DNA of 60,798 nt from Streptosporangiaceae bacterium (GTDB taxonomy: Bacteria; Actinomycetota; Actinomycetes; Streptosporangiales; Streptosporangiaceae). How positions within the stretch are numbered: the first letter of the stretch is position 1; every line of letters starts with the position of its first letter. Location of the stretch: the NCBI GenBank assembly GCA_036758685.1, contig DAIOWC010000005.1, positions 1-60,798 of the forward strand, read 5' to 3'. Below are positions 54,902-60,798 of this stretch, piece by piece. Both the position numbers and the translations under genes were made by a program. The notes under the pieces are model-generated. The model did no database searches. It had not been told where the DNA came from and saw only the letters and a program-made list of their open reading frames with translations.

Positions 54902-55054
54902 CTACCGGGGAGAACGGCGAGGCCGGAACTTCAGCCACGCCAGGATGCCGATGGCCGCGAGCAGCAGCCAGGGCGAGAACAGCAGGTGCAGGGCAAAGCT
55001 GATCACAGCGAGCACCAGGATGGCGATAAGGACCAAGGCGATGATCCAGAGCAT
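54902..55054 (-). CDS. Candidate 50-aa two-helix membrane protein
   Basis: Below the ORF-track size cut-off. ATG at 55054 has ggaga 9 nt upstream. Product: MLWIIALVLIAILVLAVISFALHLLFSPWLLLAAIGILAWLKFRPRRSPR. Confidence 0.45.
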   Translation of the reverse strand: MLWIIALVLIAILVLAVISFALHLLFSPWLLLAAIGILAWLKFRPRRSPR

Positions 55055-55262
55055 GTCGATCGTTCTCCGTTCACGATGAGGCGGTAGGCAGCAGAACTGC
55101 TGCCGGCCGATTTCAAGCCTGCCGCTCGTGCGACACGGGGTCGATCCGGATTAACCCCGGCTGATCCCTTGTCCACTGCCGGAAGGCATCAGGGAGGTCC
55201 CGAGCCGGCACTGGCTTGGATAACGGCTCACCTGGCGGCACCGGAACGGCCATGATGCTCTT

Positions 55263-55847
55263 GTGACCGATGTGGACCGGTTTGGAGAGATGAGACCGGG
55301 CAGGCCAGCTGGATCGAGAACGCTGGTCATCCGGCCCATCCTCGAGAGCGACCTGGACCTGCTCGCGCTGCTGAGTACCGATCCCGAGGAGGCGTCGCAG
55401 TACGGCTTCTTCGGGTATCAGGATCCGGGTCGGCAGCGGCGCCAGTTCGCGGAGAACGGCTTCCTGTCCGAACACGGCGGGCGCCTCGCCGTGGCGCTGG
55501 TCGCCGGTAGCGAGCCGGGCGAATTCATCGGCGATGTGAGCTGGCACCGGTCGCCGTCCGGGCCGACGTCCTACTGCTGGAACATCGGGATCGCGCTGCT
55601 CGCGCGGGCCCGCGGACAGGGCTACGGCGCTTCGGCGCAGCGCCTGCTCGCGGAGTACTTGCTGGGGCACACGCAGGTCAACCGCGTCGAGGCCGAGACC
55701 GAAGTCGACAACGGGCCCGAGCGTCGCGCGCTGGAGAAAGCCGGATTCGCGTTCGAGGGCGTCCGGCGGGGGTCCTGCTACCGGGCCGGCAGGTGGCGGG
55801 ACATGGCCCTGTACTCGGTCGTGCGCGCCGACCTGGATCTGACCTAG
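55263..55847 (+). CDS. GNAT-family N-acetyltransferase (RimJ/RimL-like)
   Basis: About 185-194 aa with motif RGQGYGASAQRLL. The start is uncertain: GTG 55263 or ATG 55290. Confidence 0.8.
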   Translation: MTDVDRFGEMRPGRPAGSRTLVIRPILESDLDLLALLSTDPEEASQYGFFGYQDPGRQRRQFAENGFLSEHGGRLAVALVAGSEPGEFIGDVSWHRSPSGPTSYCWNIGIALLARARGQGYGASAQRLLAEYLLGHTQVNRVEAETEVDNGPERRALEKAGFAFEGVRRGSCYRAGRWRDMALYSVVRADLDLT

Positions 55848-56095
55848 CCCGGACCTCCGGCAAATACTGGGACCGCTCGTCAGTGGATAGCGCTGACCAA
55901 CGGTCCCAATAACGAGACCGCGCGGGTATCTGGCCGGTTCGTCCCGTATGCGTGCGGGCCGGTTCGCGGATCGGGCCGAGTCGCAAAAATCCCCCAGCCA
56001 ATTTCATGGCTCTGCGTAGCCAGACAACCACAATTCGCTAGCATCTAGCGCGAGTCCGCTATTTCCAATAGGGGAGAAACTTCACGGAGGGGACC

Positions 56096-56560
56096 ATGAA
56101 GAAGCATATGTCCTTAGTTGCGGCCAGCGCGGCCGCCCTGCTCGGCGCCGGGGCGTTCCTGCTGCCGGCCGCCGCGAGCACGCATCACGGCGCGCAGCCA
56201 GCCTGCGGGTGCACCGTCCACAAGCTGAGGTTCATCAGCGTCACGAAGCACGATCTCCAGTTCTCCGCGACCAACGTCGCGCAGCAGGACACCGACGTGA
56301 CCAAGGCCGGGAAGACCATCGGGTTCGACGACCTGAACCTCAGCTTCAACCCCAAGACCGGAGCAGGCTCAGGCAACTTCTCCTTCGACACCCGCGGCGG
56401 CTTCATCAACGGCACGCTGCGCCTCACCCAGAACGGCGCCACCGGCAAGCTGACCGGCGGCACCGGCAAGTACCGGGGAATCACCGGCACGATCGTCGCC
56501 CGCGACCTGAACAAGGCCGGGACGCGCACCGGAGTGACGATTACCTACCGCCTTCCCTGA
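56096..56560 (+). CDS. Small secreted protein of unknown function (possibly dirigent/AOC-barrel-like)
   Basis: 154 aa with signal peptide MKKHMSLVAASAAALLGAGAFLLPAAAS and SD ggagggg. The C-terminal GGTGKYRGITG pattern is present. Upstream DNA has lower GC. Confidence 0.6.
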   Translation: MKKHMSLVAASAAALLGAGAFLLPAAASTHHGAQPACGCTVHKLRFISVTKHDLQFSATNVAQQDTDVTKAGKTIGFDDLNLSFNPKTGAGSGNFSFDTRGGFINGTLRLTQNGATGKLTGGTGKYRGITGTIVARDLNKAGTRTGVTITYRLP

Positions 56561-56652
56561 TAGCGGCGGCATCGCCGCCATTGTCACCGCCGCGCGAAGC
56601 AGGCACGATGTGCGAGTAATGGGCGATTGACTGCTTCCGCGGAGGACTATCG

Positions 56653-57717
56653 GTGCCAGCCGAGCCAGTTGCGATGGAGTGGGCTGGCGCGCGGGCAGCC
56701 GACGATGCCGCGACGTTCCGGGTCGCGGACCCGGAACGTGCCCTCGCCGGAGTCAGGCTGCTGCAGGACCTGCCGATCGCGGCCGACCGGCTGGAGTTCA
56801 GCCCGGTCAGCGGCGGCTGGCAGCTGATCCTCGACCGACCGCCGGTAGCGCGGCTCGAGTACCTGCTCGAGCTGCGCTACCCGGGCGGCGACGCCAAGGT
56901 CGTTACCGATCCCGCCAACCCGCGGAGCGTCTCGGGCGCCTTCGGGCCCAAGAGCGTACTTGAGTTCCCTGGCTACGCCCCGCCTGCCTGGCTGTCGGTG
57001 CCCGCCGATCCGGGGACGACCGCCTCGTTCCACGTGCCGGGGCCCGGCCGGCCGATCTCGGTCCGGATCTGGTCCCCGACCGGGTCAGCCGACCACGAGG
57101 TACTTCCGCTGGTCGTCGCTCACGACGGGCCGGAACTCGATGCGCTGGCCAGCCTGACCCGGTACGCCGGAGCGGGCGTCGCGGGCCACTGGCTGCCACC
57201 GCTCCGGATCGCCCTGCTCAGCCCCGGATCGCGGGACAGCTGGTACTCGGCCAATGCCCGCTACGCCAGGGCGCTCCGGCACGCGGTCCTGCCCGCGATC
57301 ACCGAGCGGGTAGCTGCCTCCGCCGTGATCGGGATGGGCGCCAGCCTGGGCGGGCTCGCGATGCTGCACGCCTACTGCCGCTACCCGGATAGCTTCGACG
57401 CGCTGTTCCTGCAGTCAGCCAGCTTCTTCGTGCCCCACCTCGACGGGCAGGAACGACGGTTCCCGTACTACCGGCGGATCGTCACTTTCACTGGGCGCGT
57501 GCAGGATGGAGGGCTGCCCGCCCGACTGATCCCCGTCGGCATGACCTGCGGGATCGCGGAAGAGAACGCCGCCAACAACCGGGTGATGGCACAGACGCTG
57601 GAAGCCAGCGGCTACCCGGTCTCGCTGCACGAGGTCGCGGACGCCCACAACTACACGGCCTGGCGGGACGCATTCGATCCGGATCTGACCGACCTGGTGC
57701 GGCAGGTCAGCCGGTGA
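56653..57717 (+). CDS. Enterochelin-esterase-like alpha/beta hydrolase ('putative esterase' family)
   Basis: 354 aa with an N-terminal Ig-like domain, then a hydrolase domain with elbow GMGASLGG. SD ggagga lies 6 nt upstream of the GTG. Confidence 0.75.
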   Translation: MPAEPVAMEWAGARAADDAATFRVADPERALAGVRLLQDLPIAADRLEFSPVSGGWQLILDRPPVARLEYLLELRYPGGDAKVVTDPANPRSVSGAFGPKSVLEFPGYAPPAWLSVPADPGTTASFHVPGPGRPISVRIWSPTGSADHEVLPLVVAHDGPELDALASLTRYAGAGVAGHWLPPLRIALLSPGSRDSWYSANARYARALRHAVLPAITERVAASAVIGMGASLGGLAMLHAYCRYPDSFDALFLQSASFFVPHLDGQERRFPYYRRIVTFTGRVQDGGLPARLIPVGMTCGIAEENAANNRVMAQTLEASGYPVSLHEVADAHNYTAWRDAFDPDLTDLVRQVSR

Positions 57718-58457
57718 ACCGCGAGGTGGCCGAGCTCTGGTCCGACAGCATCGGCGCGGCCGGGACGGTGATCCGGTACGGCCACTACGGGCGGCCGGTG
57801 CTCGTGTTCCCTTCGGAGCAGGGCAAGGCGTGGGACTTCGAGAACAACGGGATGGTGGGGGTGCTCGGCGGGCTCATCGAGGCCGGCCGGCTGAAGGTCT
57901 ACTGCGTCGACAGCTACGACGCCGCGACCTGGTCGAACCGGGAGATTCCGCTGGAGGAGCGGGCCCGACGGCACGGCGAGTACGAGGAGTGGATCATCTG
58001 GCAGGTGCTGCCGTGGATCTACGCCGACTGCGGCGGGCCGCTGGAAGTGGCGACGCTCGGCTGCAGCCTCGGCGCGTTCCACGCGGCGAACTTCGCCCTG
58101 AAGCGGGCGGCGGAGTTCCCGCTCGCGCTGTGCTTCTCGGGCAACTACGACCCGGCCTCGTGGGATGGCTGGGGCGAGCGCGGCTCGGCCGCGTACTTCA
58201 ACAACCCGATCAATTACGTCGGGCATCTGCACGGCGAGCACCTCGACTGGCTGCGCGGGCGCGTCAGCCTGCTGCTCGTCTGCGGGCAGGGCCAGTGGGA
58301 GGACACGACCGGCTCGCTGCCGAGCACCCGCCAGTTCGCCGCCCTGCTCGCGGGCAAGGGCATCCCGCACGAGCTCGACCTCTGGGGTTACGACGTCCCG
58401 CATGACTGGCCGTCCTGGCGCGCCCAGGTAGCCCACCACCTGCCGAGATTCTGCTGA
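57714..58457 (+). CDS. Esterase-family protein (second paralogous hydrolase)
   Basis: 247 aa. GTGA overlap with the upstream gene. LGCSLGAFHAAN is a nucleophile-elbow-like motif. Confidence 0.7.
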   Translation: MNREVAELWSDSIGAAGTVIRYGHYGRPVLVFPSEQGKAWDFENNGMVGVLGGLIEAGRLKVYCVDSYDAATWSNREIPLEERARRHGEYEEWIIWQVLPWIYADCGGPLEVATLGCSLGAFHAANFALKRAAEFPLALCFSGNYDPASWDGWGERGSAAYFNNPINYVGHLHGEHLDWLRGRVSLLLVCGQGQWEDTTGSLPSTRQFAALLAGKGIPHELDLWGYDVPHDWPSWRAQVAHHLPRFC

Positions 58458-58472
58458 CGGACGGGAGCCCTC

Positions 58473-59726
58473 ATGTCCTCGCACACCCATCTGATCGGGC
58501 TGCTGCTCGGCACCGAAGAGGACTGGCCGACGGCATTCGAGGAGATCCTGCGCCGGATCGGCCCGGTGAAGGATCGAGGCGGCAGCACGCACGCGTTCGA
58601 GTGCGAGCGGATCACGATCGAGCCGTTCGGGCTGCGGGACCGGCCGCGCTACGACCTCGTCATCGACCGGCTGGCGTACTGGTACTACCACCCGCGGGAG
58701 TGGCTCAAGAAGGTTGCGCTGATGGACGGCGTGTACCTGCTGAACAGCCCGTTTACCTTCCAGTCGATGGAGAAGCACGCCGCGTACTGCGCGATGATGC
58801 GCCTCGGCCTCAAGGTGCCAGACACCGTGCTCGTGCCCTACAAGAACCCGGTCGACAACGCCAGGTACGCCTACACCGCGGCGCGGTACAACCAGCCGTT
58901 CGACCTGGACGCGCTCGCCGAGCAGATCGGCTACCCCCTGTTCATGAAGCCCTACGACGGCGGGGCCTGGCGCGGCGTATCGAGGATCGGCAATGCCGCC
59001 GAGCTGCACGCCGCCTATGACCAGAGCGGCGAGATGCTCATGCACCTGCAGAAGGCCATCGACGACTACGACGTGTTCGCCCGGTCACTGTCGATCGGGG
59101 CCGAGACGATGGTCATGCGGTTCCAGCCCGACCAGCCCATGCACCGGCGGTACGCCGTCGATCACGACTTCCTGTCCGCGTCGGCGGGCGCCGAGGTGCT
59201 CACGATCGGCAGGCTGGTCAACGCGTTCTTCCGCTGGGAGTTCAACTCCTGCGAGACGCTGGTGAAGGGCACCGAGGTCTACCCGATCGACTACGCCAAC
59301 GCCTGCCCCGACGTCGCGCTGACCAGCCTCCACTATTACTTCCCGTGGGCGATGAAGGCGCTCGTGAAGTGGTGCATCTTCGCCCTGGTTACCCGGCGCC
59401 GCCCGCGGCTCGACGTGGCCACCAGCCCGTATTTCGAGATCGCCGATGACTCCGACAGGACTTACGCCGAGAAGCTCGCCGCGTACGCCGAGCTCGCCGA
59501 CGGGTACTTCGATACCGCCCGCTACCACGAGTTCTGCGCGGCCAGCCTGCCGCACCTGGATGAGATCGTCCTGGACTGGGTAGCTGGCCCTGACTTCGAT
59601 CGGCTGCTGGTCCAGACCGTGCGCTCGGTCTACCCGCCGCACGAGCACGAGGAGTTCATCGCGCACCTGCGCGGCCTGCTGGGCCTGTGGGTCCGGGAGG
59701 AGACCAGCCGCGTCGCCGCGGCCTGA
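58473..59726 (+). CDS. ATP-grasp-fold ligase (glutathione-synthetase-like)
   Basis: 417 aa. The pattern KHAAY...GLKVPDT...GYPLFMKPYDGGAWRGV...EVYPIDYAN is consistent with an ATP-grasp ligase. SD gggag is present, and the gene starts 15 nt after the upstream stop. Confidence 0.65.
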   Translation: MSSHTHLIGLLLGTEEDWPTAFEEILRRIGPVKDRGGSTHAFECERITIEPFGLRDRPRYDLVIDRLAYWYYHPREWLKKVALMDGVYLLNSPFTFQSMEKHAAYCAMMRLGLKVPDTVLVPYKNPVDNARYAYTAARYNQPFDLDALAEQIGYPLFMKPYDGGAWRGVSRIGNAAELHAAYDQSGEMLMHLQKAIDDYDVFARSLSIGAETMVMRFQPDQPMHRRYAVDHDFLSASAGAEVLTIGRLVNAFFRWEFNSCETLVKGTEVYPIDYANACPDVALTSLHYYFPWAMKALVKWCIFALVTRRRPRLDVATSPYFEIADDSDRTYAEKLAAYAELADGYFDTARYHEFCAASLPHLDEIVLDWVAGPDFDRLLVQTVRSVYPPHEHEEFIAHLRGLLGLWVREETSRVAAA

Positions 59727-59764
59727 GACGGAAGGCATCGCCGGAGCTGCCAGGAGGCGAACAC

Positions 59765-60798
59765 ATGGGCCGCGACATTCAGGCAATCAAGATCAGTGGC
59801 GAGGACCGGCGCACGTACCGGGCCAAGCTAGCGCGCTCGCTGGACGTCTTCGCGCGCATGCTGCGCGAGAATCTGTTCGACTCCGAACCGCGCCTCGTCG
59901 GGCAGGAGATCGAGCTCAACCTGGTCGACGATCAGGGCGCGCCCTCGATGCACAACTCCGCGGTGCTCGCCGAGATCGCCGACCCCGCCTGGGCGACCGA
60001 GGTCGGCCAGTTCAACATCGAGATCAACGTGCCGCCGCGGCAGCTCGCCGGCGACGCGGTCGCTGGCCTGGAGCACGAGGTCCGGGCCAGCCTGAACGCC
60101 GCGGACGCCAAGGCGCGCGTCGTCGGCAGCCGGATGGTCATGATCGGCATCCTGCCGACGCTCCGCAAGGACGACGTGAACGAGGACACCATGTCGCCCA
60201 ACGAGCGCTTCCGGGTGCTCAACGAGCAGATCTTCGCCGCACGCGGCGAGGACATGTCGATCGAGATCGAGGGGGCCGAGCAGCTGCTGACGCACGCCGA
60301 CAGCATCACGCCGGAGGCCGCCTGCACCAGCGTCCAGCTGCACGTCCAGGTCAGCCCGGAGTCATTCGCCGCGTACTGGAACGCTGCCCAGGCCATCGCC
60401 GGCGTGCAGGTGGCACTGGCCGCCAACTCCCCGTTCCTGTTCGGAAGGCAACTGTGGCACGAGACCAGGATCACGCTGTTCGAGCAGGCCACCGACACGC
60501 GGCCGGATGAGCTGAAGCGGCAGGGCGTGCGGCCGCGGGTCTGGTTCGGGGAGCGCTGGATCACCTCGGTCTTCGATCTGTTCGAGGAGAACATCCAGTT
60601 CTTCCCGGCGCTGCTGCCGATCTGCGAGGACGAGGATCCGGTCGTCGCGCTGGAGGTCGGCACGTGCCCGCAGCTCGGCGAGATGAGCCTGCACAACGGG
60701 ACGATCTACCGGTGGAACCGGCCGGTCTACGCGGTGACGGATGGCCGGCCGCACCTCCGGGTGGAGAACCGCGTGCTGCCGGCCGGCCCCTCGGTCGC
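59765..60798 (+). CDS. Glutamate-cysteine ligase family 2 (GCS2) carboxylate-amine ligase, 3' end outside the window
   Basis: Absent from the ORF track because there is no stop in the window; I translated it by hand and it is open for 344 codons. SD aggagg lies 7 nt upstream of the ATG. Motifs GQEIELNLVD, SVQLHV and LRVENRVLP fit GCS2/YbdK-type ligases. Confidence 0.8.
   Translation, partial: MGRDIQAIKISGEDRRTYRAKLARSLDVFARMLRENLFDSEPRLVGQEIELNLVDDQGAPSMHNSAVLAEIADPAWATEVGQFNIEINVPPRQLAGDAVAGLEHEVRASLNAADAKARVVGSRMVMIGILPTLRKDDVNEDTMSPNERFRVLNEQIFAARGEDMSIEIEGAEQLLTHADSITPEAACTSVQLHVQVSPESFAAYWNAAQAIAGVQVALAANSPFLFGRQLWHETRITLFEQATDTRPDELKRQGVRPRVWFGERWITSVFDLFEENIQFFPALLPICEDEDPVVALEVGTCPQLGEMSLHNGTIYRWNRPVYAVTDGRPHLRVENRVLPAGPSV

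Overview
High-GC (about 70%) actinomycete chromosomal segment with no rRNA, tRNA, CRISPR array, transposase or integrase that I can see. All calls rest on reading the ORF translations and the raw sequence; no searches were run.

Layout:
- 1-15.9 kb: the complete Pup-proteasome neighbourhood, in the order arc(3' end)-dop-pup-prcB-prcA-[gabD-like]-pafA-[sugar dehydrogenase + polytopic membrane protein]-FKBP lipoprotein-DUF3866-pafB-pafC-tatA-tatC.
- 16-24 kb: the helY / 5'-3' exonuclease block that is also syntenic in mycobacteria.
- 24-45 kb: mixed housekeeping and accessory genes. These include a PP2C phosphatase, M24 peptidase + acyl-CoA dehydrogenase, an MsiK-like ABC ATPase, Lrp, a LuxR-type STAND regulator, a GntR-GNAT-giant GH38 operon, an APC permease, an O-methyltransferase and lgt.
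- 45-52 kb: an editing-domain-less ThrRS paralogue, then a lysine-fermentation-type cluster (kamA / kdd-kamD-kamE-kal).
- 52-61 kb: secreted proteins, an F420-type LLM oxidoreductase, and a tightly coupled esterase-esterase-ATP-grasp-GCS2 ligase operon that runs off the window.

Observations I would look at again:
1. A roughly 40-nt G/C-only hairpin repeat is present intergenically and inserted in-frame into two coding genes.
2. The esterase/ATP-grasp/GCS2 operon has glutathione-like two-ligase logic.
3. A near-consensus promoter is followed by a leader of about 355 nt with no ORF, upstream of an amino-acid permease.
4. A truncated ThrRS paralogue sits behind a very strong hairpin.
5. The lysine 2,3-/5,6-aminomutase pathway cluster lacks kce.
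6. A candidate leader peptide overlaps the start of a TetM/OtrA-like GTPase.
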